Notes under the pieces: generated by a model
Databases searched by the model: none
Told to the model about the DNA's origin: nothing
What the model saw: the letters and a program-made list of their open reading frames with translations, nothing else
Made by a program: the position numbers and the translations under genes
In this document: positions 1-6,719 of the stretch, in pieces
Position numbering within the stretch: position 1 is the stretch's first letter
Layout of the letters: every line of letters starts with the position of its first letter
From: a virus
Lineage: Duplodnaviria > Caudoviricetes
IMG/VR virus record: IMGVR_UViG_3300017752_000012
Coordinates: 1-57,647 of that record
Reading direction: 5' to 3' (one strand)
Length of the DNA: 57,647 nucleotides

Positions 1-1
1 A

Positions 2-397
2 GGGGGCCAAGCATCTTTAACATTTGGTATCGCTGATACTAATGCGGTTAAAGTAGACCATGACGGTGTTGCAGACGATGACTATGCTAAGTTCACTGCT
101 AACGGTATAGAGGGTCGCAGTGCTTCAGAGGTTCTTACCGATATTGGAGCTCAGCCTGTTTTATCAGAAGGAGCATTTGCAAACGGAGATAAAACAAAGT
201 TAAATAATGTTGAGTTAAATGATCCGGAATTTGACAGTGTTATATTAGATAATCCAATTTCGACCACTAACTGGACAATTGAAGTTGATAACAGTGGTAG
301 TCTTGTTTTTAAATATGGCACTAACACGAGAATGAAATTAACTTTATCAGGTGAGTTAGTTGTAGATGACGACATTACGGCATTTGGAACTATATAA
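2..397 (+). CDS. Tail fibre protein, C-terminal fragment (5'-truncated by window)
   Basis: Open frame from nt 2 to TAA 395-397 (GGQASLTFGIADTNAVKVD...WTIEVDNSGSLVFKYGTNTRMKLTLSGELVVDDDITAFGTI). The G-x-L-x-V-x-x-D-I-T-A-F ending is typical of fibre tips that dock a separate adhesin. The stop overlaps the next ATG (TAATG). Confidence 0.7.
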   Translation, partial: GGQASLTFGIADTNAVKVDHDGVADDDYAKFTANGIEGRSASEVLTDIGAQPVLSEGAFANGDKTKLNNVELNDPEFDSVILDNPISTTNWTIEVDNSGSLVFKYGTNTRMKLTLSGELVVDDDITAFGTI

Positions 398-1020
398 TGG
401 CTACTCCCTTAACACAAAAATCAGGTAACGCATCTAGTAGTTTCGCTATATCTGCGAGTGATATAAACCATAGACTTGGTAATTCTGAAACTGCTGAAGT
501 AAGTATGAGCGATATTCCTACAAAATTACTGTTTTATCATGGCTTTACAACCGCACAGGAGATGGACTTTAAAGAGTTTTTAAACAAAACAAAAATAGTT
601 ACAGGAGTACTTTTTAACGTCAACATTGGATATCAAGCTGACTATTTCGGCTCCCAAATAGGAAGTATAACAGAGGATAGAATGGCAAGTGCTAACAATG
701 GAGGCTGGTATGCGGGCACTTCTGCTACACAATTAACAATAAGACAGATTATGTGGAATCAAAGCTCTAGTACGAGTAGAGTGGCTTTTCAGTTAGAAGA
801 ATCAGTAAGTGGTTCGGCGGTAGCATCAACAAATGGTTGGAGCAGTCTCTCAATACGTGCACTAATTGGATCACCCGCCTTTTCTACTAAAGAAGTTTTT
901 AAAAATAGTTACTCTAGTTTTAATGGTGCCACAGGTACTTACACTTGGACTAATGCTGTAGGATCAGTAAGCTCTCTAGGAAGCAGTTCAGGACTAGATA
1001 GATACATAGAGATAGGGTGA
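397..1020 (+). CDS. Putative tail-fibre tip adhesin / receptor-binding protein
   Basis: The N-terminal AISASDINHRLGNSETAEVSMSD...MDFKEFLNK resembles the fibre-attachment domain of phage adhesins. The C-terminus is Ser/Gly/aromatic-rich and beta-like. Translationally coupled to the fibre gene. Confidence 0.55.
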   Translation: MATPLTQKSGNASSSFAISASDINHRLGNSETAEVSMSDIPTKLLFYHGFTTAQEMDFKEFLNKTKIVTGVLFNVNIGYQADYFGSQIGSITEDRMASANNGGWYAGTSATQLTIRQIMWNQSSSTSRVAFQLEESVSGSAVASTNGWSSLSIRALIGSPAFSTKEVFKNSYSSFNGATGTYTWTNAVGSVSSLGSSSGLDRYIEIG

Positions 1021-1029
1021 GGATATAAA

Positions 1030-1392
1030 ATGAATTATACATATACTTGGAGAATAACAAATTTAGAAGCAATAAGAGAGCAAGATTCTCTTACAAATGT
1101 TGTTGCAACTGCTTGGTGGATACTAGAAGGTCGAGACGAAAATGGTAAATATGCAAGACACTGGGGAGTCCAACAGCTAAACACAGATAATATTAATCCT
1201 GACACTTTTACCACATATGAAAATCTTACAGAAGCTCAAGTAATTACTTGGGTTGAAAATACTCTTATTAATCAAGAGTCTGATTTTGGACTCTCTGGGG
1301 AATATGAAAATGTTGTAGAAATGATGAAATCAAAATTGAGAGCTATTATAGAAGAAGAAGATGTATATCGTAATACAGGAATACCTTGGTAA
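1030..1392 (+). CDS. Conserved phage protein, fibre-associated (possible fibre assembly chaperone)
   Basis: The YTWxITNL...VV...W...G...F..YENLTEAQVITWV pattern is common next to fibre genes. RBS GAGGA. Confidence 0.5.
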   Translation: MNYTYTWRITNLEAIREQDSLTNVVATAWWILEGRDENGKYARHWGVQQLNTDNINPDTFTTYENLTEAQVITWVENTLINQESDFGLSGEYENVVEMMKSKLRAIIEEEDVYRNTGIPW

Positions 1393-1411
1393 GTACTCCA
1401 AAAAATACTTC

Positions 1412-1440
1412 TTGACAACTTTGCTTAAACATGGTATAGT
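1412..1440 (+). promoter_or_regulatory. Sigma70-type promoter (extended -10) for the exported-protein operon
   Basis: TTGACA 1412-1417, 17-nt spacer, TG-n-TATAGT 1435-1440, A-tract upstream. Confidence 0.85.
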
Positions 1441-1478
1441 GAGCATATTAAAAATTAACCAAAACTTATAGGCTACAA

Positions 1479-2009
1479 ATGAAATTAAGGTACTTACTAC
1501 TTCTCTGCTTACCTTTAACGGTACTAGCTGCAGAAGATACAATAATTACAGAGTCGACTTCTACGAGTGACGTAAGCACTACTACTAAACTAGAGTCTCC
1601 TCCTCCTTCGGCAATCACGCCGACAATGAATATATCCAACTCTGACCTCTGTACAGTCGGAGTTGCGGGTGCAGTGCAAACCCAGATACTAGGTATCAGC
1701 ATGGGGACAACTGTACGAGACATGAACTGCGAAAAATTAAAGAATGCGAAGACTTTGTACGATATGGGTATGAAAGTCGCTGCTGTGTCTATTATGTGCC
1801 AAGACCAACGTGTATTTGATGCAATGATGAATGCAGGTACTCCATGTCCTTATGAAGGCCTTATCGGAGAAGCCGCAAAAGCAGCATGGGATGCAAACGT
1901 AGAAGAAACACCTGTAGAAATTGAAGCAGAGGAGATACTTGATGAAAAGACGAAACAAACTCTTTGGGGTCTTGGCAGCATCTTTGCTTTGCTCCTCATC
2001 TTACTCTGA
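1479..2009 (+). CDS. Exported Cys-containing protein with C-terminal membrane anchor
   Basis: Signal peptide MKLRYLLLLCLPLTVLA, Ser/Thr linker, four Cys in the mature core (DLC..MNC..MCQ..TPCP), hydrophobic C-terminus LWGLGSIFALLLILL. Confidence 0.75.
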   Translation: MKLRYLLLLCLPLTVLAAEDTIITESTSTSDVSTTTKLESPPPSAITPTMNISNSDLCTVGVAGAVQTQILGISMGTTVRDMNCEKLKNAKTLYDMGMKVAAVSIMCQDQRVFDAMMNAGTPCPYEGLIGEAAKAAWDANVEETPVEIEAEEILDEKTKQTLWGLGSIFALLLILL

Positions 2010-2790
2010 TAATATAGTTTATGGACAATCGAATGTAAATGCCCGTACTTGGGCAATGCAGAACGTATTACCACAACAAGCAGGACTTACAATTTCTCAC
2101 ATTGTATATGAATACAGTGTAGAGAAAGAAACACAAGATGCGATGTTGGTGCATGTTTCAAATGAAAATGCAATCAACGGAGGATACATCTTTCGATCTA
2201 CAGATGATTGGACAGGGCAACCTTCCAACACAGTGAAGAAGATTAAGCCAGCATCGCAACTTCCCATACAATTTTGGGGAAATGGATCGATAGAAACAGA
2301 AGGTTTCGGTACAGTTTTAAACCCTTCTGTAAAGTATAACTGGAGGTACGAACCTTGTTTCGATCCTCAGTCTGATCCAACATGTCCAGGGTACATGATA
2401 CCTTACGACTTGGAAGATATACTAGTAGAACCTGTAGATCCTCTTGAAGATCAATATATTCAAGAACAACTTGAAAGACAGGCATTGCTTGAAGAAGAAG
2501 AAGAGTTTGAGCGAAAAGAGCGTTTGAAGAAAAACAAGCGTGACATGGAAAAGCTCTTAGGCGGAATTAATACTAAACTTATGTCAGACCTTGCACTAGT
2601 TCAAGAAGCAGCATACTTTAGTATAAACTTATTTCCTACTTCATATTATAGTCCTTTAGAGGGCGGAACATATGAAGATGCCTTGCAACTGATTGATGCA
2701 GAGTTGCCGGACAACAAAGAGGGAAGACGAGTGAACTACACTCAACAAAAACTGCATGAAGAAATGATACAATCACAATATGATAATTGA
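1942..2790 (+). CDS. Exported protein: beta-rich domain, CxDPxxDPxCPGY motif and acidic coiled coil
   Basis: Start moved to ATG 1942 because of RBS GAGGAG at 1929-1934. Signal peptide MKRRNKLFGVLAASLLCSSSYS, then PCFDPQSDPTCPGY and an EEEEEFERKER helix. Confidence 0.7.
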   Translation: MKRRNKLFGVLAASLLCSSSYSDNIVYGQSNVNARTWAMQNVLPQQAGLTISHIVYEYSVEKETQDAMLVHVSNENAINGGYIFRSTDDWTGQPSNTVKKIKPASQLPIQFWGNGSIETEGFGTVLNPSVKYNWRYEPCFDPQSDPTCPGYMIPYDLEDILVEPVDPLEDQYIQEQLERQALLEEEEEFERKERLKKNKRDMEKLLGGINTKLMSDLALVQEAAYFSINLFPTSYYSPLEGGTYEDALQLIDAELPDNKEGRRVNYTQQKLHEEMIQSQYDN

Positions 2791-2797
2791 TTATCAA

Positions 2798-2813
2798 GAG
2801 TGCTTCGGCACTT
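2798..2813 (+). promoter_or_regulatory. cUUCGg tetraloop hairpin immediately 5' of the pilin-like gene
   Basis: GAGTGC-TTCG-GCACTT in the intergenic gap. There is no U-tract, so it is probably not a terminator. Confidence 0.6.
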
Positions 2814-2825
2814 AAGAGATATACT

Positions 2826-3317
2826 ATGAAGAAATCTTTGTTAGCAGCCGGACTTTTACTTTCTAGCGCAGCTTTTGCAAATGTTCCTATTACAGGTTCA
2901 GTAGCATCAAAATGCGTAATTAATGTAGATACTCCTGGCGTTTATGGTAACCCTTCTGCAAATCTACTAAGCACTGACCCTTCAGACGGTGGAGTTGTAC
3001 CTGTAGTTCGTTACGATATTATTAGCGCAGAGCTTTACAAAGCCAAAATTAGTTATCCTGACGAGTTTACAAGCAGTCCTTCTTTGAATGACGTTGTAAA
3101 CTGGACAGGCAGTGTAACAGTAAGTCAAACTTCAGACGAGTCAATGGCATCATTTGAGACAAACAAAGTAGAGTATAATAACACTACTGAGTATGATTTA
3201 GATGTGCAAGGCAGCGTTTGGTTTGATATTACTTCAACTGCAGACTATGGTTATGATAAATCCTTCCCTGGTGGAGACTATCAAGCAACCGTAACTGCGG
3301 AGTGTATTGCACTGTAA
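2826..3317 (+). CDS. Fimbrial/Csu-type pilin-like exported protein
   Basis: Start ATG 2826 gives the signal peptide MKKSLLAAGLLLSSAAFA. The mature N-terminus NVPITGSVASKCVI and the C-terminal strand GGDYQATVTAEC resemble chaperone-usher pilin subunits. Confidence 0.6.
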   Translation: MKKSLLAAGLLLSSAAFANVPITGSVASKCVINVDTPGVYGNPSANLLSTDPSDGGVVPVVRYDIISAELYKAKISYPDEFTSSPSLNDVVNWTGSVTVSQTSDESMASFETNKVEYNNTTEYDLDVQGSVWFDITSTADYGYDKSFPGGDYQATVTAECIAL

Positions 3318-3691
3318 TGCGATTCTGGGTTGTATTACTTGGTGTGTTAACTCATGGCTTCGTTTGGAGTCATGAGTTAACTCCCACTTACCCTACATTA
3401 GAGACTTCTTATATGTCAGGAGTTCTCAAAGCAGAAATGCATCTATTCAATAGTCGAAAGGATATCAACTATTATTCAGTCTCAGTCTACGATAAAGACT
3501 GGAAGCCTGTCAAATTTGCTACGGAAAGCAAAATCATACAAATGGACTATCTAGATCATAAAGATATAGAGGTCTATGTTCGCACAAAAGATCAAGAAAA
3601 AGCACATTATATTTGCACTAAATCGAAAATCCTGAAAGGTAAGAGTGCACCGACACTACTCGCATCAAGGATTTGTTCAAAAATAAAATAA
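3317..3691 (+). CDS. Exported single Ig-like protein, PapD-N/pilus chaperone-like
   Basis: ATG 3317 overlaps the pilin stop (TAATG). Signal MRFWVVLLGVLTHGFVWS, then LTPTY...MHLFNSR...YSVSVYD pattern reminiscent of PapD domain 1. Cys pair YICTKS...SRICS. Confidence 0.5.
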   Translation: MRFWVVLLGVLTHGFVWSHELTPTYPTLETSYMSGVLKAEMHLFNSRKDINYYSVSVYDKDWKPVKFATESKIIQMDYLDHKDIEVYVRTKDQEKAHYICTKSKILKGKSAPTLLASRICSKIK

Positions 3692-3700
3692 GAGGCAAGC

Positions 3701-4123
3701 GTGAAAAAGATAGTTTTATTGGCACTACTGGTAAGTAGTTCGACATGGGGACAAGGATCACTGAATCTGAACATCCCTCAGTCGAATCAAACCCATGCCC
3801 AAGATAAAATTAGATCAGGCAACGTTGATTGTCAGAATGCTATAGGTTCCTCTACGAATTTCGAGTTTGGAGTAGTTGGTATTATTGAACAAGGTGATAC
3901 CCCCTTTACTACTCAAATTCAAGAAGTACAAGATCAAGAATATCGAGACGTAGGAGTATACGCGCGCATAAATATTCCTATCGGCGGACCAAAAGAACGT
4001 ATCAACTGTAACACTCTGTATCAGTTGGAGCTAACAAAGAAACGTCTAGAAGTAGAGAAGCTACAGCGTGAGGTTATGCAATTACGTAAGCTTCAATTTA
4101 CAGACGATGTTGAGGAAAATTAA
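3701..4123 (+). CDS. Exported protein with Cys-flanked amphipathic beta-hairpin and C-terminal coiled coil
   Basis: GTG start, RBS AAGAGG. Signal MKKIVLLALLVSSSTWG, then DCQNAIG-NFEFGVVG...VGVYARINIPIG-RINC and the heptad helix LELTKKRLEVEKLQREVMQL. Confidence 0.7.
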   Translation: MKKIVLLALLVSSSTWGQGSLNLNIPQSNQTHAQDKIRSGNVDCQNAIGSSTNFEFGVVGIIEQGDTPFTTQIQEVQDQEYRDVGVYARINIPIGGPKERINCNTLYQLELTKKRLEVEKLQREVMQLRKLQFTDDVEEN

Positions 4124-4125
4124 AA

Positions 4126-4584
4126 ATGGCAGAATTTGAAATTGCAGGAATGACATTCAAAGGTGGGAAGATGGCGGTAATATTAACTGCTCTTTCTACG
4201 CTAGGTGGTGCTAGCTGGGCTGGCTTCGAGTTTTACAAAGATTATATGGACATGAAAGAAATTGTACAAAATATAGATGTAGACGCTATTGAGGCACGAA
4301 ATACTCAAATAGTGCAGAAACTAGACGATGCCATCGAATATACACGAGATATCAAATCTGGACTACGAGATGATATTCTGAGTATTGAAAAACAAGCAGA
4401 CCGTGTTGAAGACAAAGCCCGAAATATGGAAGAAAAAGTACGAGACATGATTGACAAAGCAAGTGAGCGATTTGAAACCAGACGAGATTCCTTAATTAAG
4501 GATAACAATAGAGAGCTGAAGGACTTAGAAAAACGACTTACAGATAAGATCCAAAAAGCACTTGATAATCCACTTGCAGACTAG
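4126..4584 (+). CDS. N-terminally membrane-anchored coiled-coil protein
   Basis: TM segment AVILTALSTLGGASWAGFEFY followed by about 110 aa of charged heptads. RBS GAGG. Confidence 0.7.
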   Translation: MAEFEIAGMTFKGGKMAVILTALSTLGGASWAGFEFYKDYMDMKEIVQNIDVDAIEARNTQIVQKLDDAIEYTRDIKSGLRDDILSIEKQADRVEDKARNMEEKVRDMIDKASERFETRRDSLIKDNNRELKDLEKRLTDKIQKALDNPLAD

Positions 4585-4602
4585 ACCTGAGAAAAATATC
4601 TC

Positions 4603-4631
4603 TTGACAATATAACCCTAAGTTAGTATAAT
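4603..4631 (+). promoter_or_regulatory. Sigma70 promoter for terS (probably leaderless transcript)
   Basis: TTGACA 4603-4608, 17-nt spacer, TATAAT 4626-4631. The ATG begins 7 nt after the -10 box. Confidence 0.9.
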
Positions 4632-4638
4632 ACGAGAC

Positions 4639-5103
4639 ATGGCAAAAGAACTCACTACAATCTCCCCAGAGGGACTGGAGATAGCAAATAGTTATTTACA
4701 GTTCGGCAATATTCGCGGTGTATGCGACTACCTCCAGGTACCTGAACAACAAGTAGTTGAAGTCCTTAATAAGCGTGAAGTAAAAAAGTATATCGATACT
4801 GTTTATCTAGATATGGGCTATCGCAATAAAAATAATATTGCTACTGTACTAGATGAAATGATTGCGTCAAAACTAGATGAAGCCCAGGAATCTGGAATGT
4901 ACTCTAGTAAAGATTTGGCAGACTTATTACAAATGGCTCATAAGATGCGTATGGATGAAATTAAAGCCCAAGCAGATTTAGAAAAAGCCCAGAGTAGCAA
5001 CATAAAGAACCAAACAAATGTGCAGATTAATGAAGCTGTCCCATTTGGTCAGGGAAATTATGGTAAGCTGATGGAGAAACTTCTCAAAGATGGAACAGAA
5101 TGA
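4639..5103 (+). CDS. terS: Terminase small subunit (T5-like)
   Basis: SPEGLEI..YLQ.G, EVKKYIDTVY.D.G.RN, AHKMRMDE.K and NQTNVQIN match my recollection of T5 TerS. Upstream of terL. Confidence 0.8.
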   Translation: MAKELTTISPEGLEIANSYLQFGNIRGVCDYLQVPEQQVVEVLNKREVKKYIDTVYLDMGYRNKNNIATVLDEMIASKLDEAQESGMYSSKDLADLLQMAHKMRMDEIKAQADLEKAQSSNIKNQTNVQINEAVPFGQGNYGKLMEKLLKDGTE

Positions 5104-5299
5104 AAAAATCAATGATCTTGAAAAGGGTCTCTATGCTCACGAAGTAATGTGTGAAGAACGGTGGAAGACTTGCTTTCAACGTTTAGAAGATGTCGAGACT
5201 TCTCTAAATAGAATAGAGACTCGTATGGTTCGTATAGGCGGAACAGTAATTATGTTCCTGGCGGGTGTGATAGTAACACTACTCACCCAATTGGGGTAA
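5090..5299 (+). CDS. Small coiled-coil plus C-terminal TM protein (XhlA/holin-like)
   Basis: HEVMCEERW..LEDVETSLNRIE followed by TM IGGTVIMFLAGVIVTLL. Confidence 0.55.
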   Translation: MEQNEKINDLEKGLYAHEVMCEERWKTCFQRLEDVETSLNRIETRMVRIGGTVIMFLAGVIVTLLTQLG

Positions 5300-5302
5300 G
5301 TT

Positions 5303-5371
5303 ATGCACTGTGCAGGTAAATCAAAAAAACGAAAAAAGAAAAAGGGCGGTAAAAAACGTAGGGGATACTAA
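5303..5371 (+). CDS. 22-aa ultra-basic peptide (not in the ORF track)
   Basis: MHCAGKSKKRKKKKGGKKRRGY*, with 12/22 residues K or R. Fills the gap exactly, and its stop overlaps the next ATG (TAATG). Confidence 0.55.
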   Translation: MHCAGKSKKRKKKKGGKKRRGY

Positions 5372-5523
5372 TGAAGTATAAGACTAAAAGAGCTGCAAGA
5401 AAAGCAGCAAAGCGTCTAGGGCTCAAAGGTATTCACTCACATGGTAGAGGGAAGAACAAGATCTACATGGCAGGTAGTACTCATAAAGCATATGAGAACG
5501 CCAAAAAGCGGAGAAAAAGATGA
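5371..5523 (+). CDS. 50-aa basic His-containing protein (not in the ORF track)
   Basis: MKYKTKRAARKAAKRLGLKGIHSHGRGKNKIYMAGSTHKAYENAKKRRKR*. Coupled at both ends (TAATG, ATGA). Confidence 0.65.
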   Translation: MKYKTKRAARKAAKRLGLKGIHSHGRGKNKIYMAGSTHKAYENAKKRRKR

Positions 5524-5741
5524 TTCAGATTTTTGAAAAACGTGGCAGATGGTGTTATCGAGATGATGCAGGAAGACTTCATAAGTTCGATACAGAAGCA
5601 GAAGCCAAGAGCTCTTTAGGGCTAGAGATCGTAGACGATGCCGAGAAAAAAATCGAAACGAAAAGTAACAAAGAAAAAGCCAATACCAACAAACAAAAAA
5701 CTGTACTCAACAGTAAAAGCAGCAACAAAAAGAAAATTTAA
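5520..5741 (+). CDS. Small hypothetical protein
   Basis: ATGA-coupled to the upstream ORF. IFEKRGRWCYRDDAGRLHKFDTEAEAK. The 3' end runs into the next gene. Confidence 0.5.
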   Translation: MIQIFEKRGRWCYRDDAGRLHKFDTEAEAKSSLGLEIVDDAEKKIETKSNKEKANTNKQKTVLNSKSSNKKKI

Positions 5742-5829
5742 AGTTTATCCCTCTGCTTATGCAAATGCCTACCTTGTAAAAGAGTATAAGAGAAGAGGTG
5801 GTAAGTACCGTATGGGAGTTAAGAAATGA
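5638..5829 (+). CDS. Basic protein (resembles N-half of DUF5872-type proteins)
   Basis: PTNKKLY..VK...KRKFKVYPSAYANAYLVKEYKRRGGKY motif, very K/R-rich. Confidence 0.65.
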   Translation: MPRKKSKRKVTKKKPIPTNKKLYSTVKAATKRKFKVYPSAYANAYLVKEYKRRGGKYRMGVKK

Positions 5830-6113
5830 AACCTCGTAAAAGCGGCCTTAGTAAATGGTTTAAAGAAAAGTGGGTAGATATATCCCGTCCAAAGAAAGGC
5901 GGGGGCTACAAATCTTGTGGTCGAAAGAAGGCAAAAGGAAAAGGATATCCTAAATGTGTACCGGCGGCAAAAGCTGCTCGTATGACAGCAGCCCAGAAAA
6001 GATCAGCTATTCGTAGAAAACGAAAAGCAGGAAATCCAGGGGGCAAGCCACGCAATGTTAGTACATTCGTGAAACGGAGAAAAAGCAGTGGCCGCAAAAA
6101 GAAAAAGAGGTAA
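5826..6113 (+). CDS. Basic protein (resembles C-half of DUF5872-type proteins)
   Basis: GLSKWFKEKWVDI...CGR...YPKCVP motif. ATGA-coupled. Confidence 0.65.
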   Translation: MKPRKSGLSKWFKEKWVDISRPKKGGGYKSCGRKKAKGKGYPKCVPAAKAARMTAAQKRSAIRRKRKAGNPGGKPRNVSTFVKRRKSSGRKKKKR

Positions 6114-6396
6114 GAAGAAAGATTCTCGTCTTGCACGAGCAAGAGTAAAAGGCTACAATAAACCTCGTCGCACGCCTGGACATTCGAAGAAGTCACACAT
6201 CGTTGTGGCAAAAGTAGGTAGTAAAGTTAAAACTATTCGTTTCGGTCAGCAGGGAGCTAAAACGGCAGGGAAGCCGAAGGCCGGAGAGTCAGAAAGAATG
6301 AAAAAGAAACGTGCGTCATTTAAAGCAAGACACGCAAAGAATATAGCTAAAGGCAAAATGTCTGCGGCATATTGGGCGAATAAAGTAAAATGGTAG
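6088..6396 (+). CDS. Basic conserved viral protein (K.IRFGQQG...R.SFKARH...SAAYWA family)
   Basis: GTG start. Motif recurrent in phages and large DNA viruses. Very K/R-rich. Confidence 0.65.
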   Translation: MAAKRKRGKKKDSRLARARVKGYNKPRRTPGHSKKSHIVVAKVGSKVKTIRFGQQGAKTAGKPKAGESERMKKKRASFKARHAKNIAKGKMSAAYWANKVKW

Positions 6397-6719
6397 AAGA
6401 AACTAAAACTGTAGAAGGCTTAGAAGGCGCTGACCTAAACGGTGATGGTCATATTTCCCAAGAAGAGCTAGAACTTCATTTAGAGTTCAAGCGTAAAGAA
6501 ATGGAAGACGCTGACGCAATGCGAGATGCTCAACGGAATATGGCATGGTTTGCTTTAGGCGGAATGCTACTATACCCCTTCGCAGTAGTGGTTGCAGAGC
6601 TAATAGGTCTGGACAACGCATCAAAAGTACTTGGAGATATGGCTCCGACCTATTTTGTCTCTGTAGCAGCAATTGTAGCCGCGTTTTACGGCAAAGAAGC
6701 ATTAACAGGTAAAAAATAA
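6390..6719 (+). CDS. EF-hand-containing two-TM membrane protein (holin-like)
   Basis: Canonical 12-residue loop DLNGDGHISQEE. TMs MAWFALGGMLLYPFAVVVA and YFVSVAAIVAAFYG. Basic C-terminus. Confidence 0.65.
   Translation: MVEETKTVEGLEGADLNGDGHISQEELELHLEFKRKEMEDADAMRDAQRNMAWFALGGMLLYPFAVVVAELIGLDNASKVLGDMAPTYFVSVAAIVAAFYGKEALTGKK

Noticed and set aside
1479-2010. Lipoprotein (llp-like or o-spanin) reading of the Cys in the signal regions LLLLC and SLLC
   Set aside because: The residue before Cys is Leu rather than Gly/Ala/Ser, so there is no proper lipobox. Signal peptidase I cleavage is more plausible, but SignalP should confirm.
1921-3316. ORF-track starts at 1921, 2787 and 3302
   Set aside because: Downstream ATGs (1942, 2826, 3317) have an RBS or stop-start coupling and put the signal peptides at the N-terminus.
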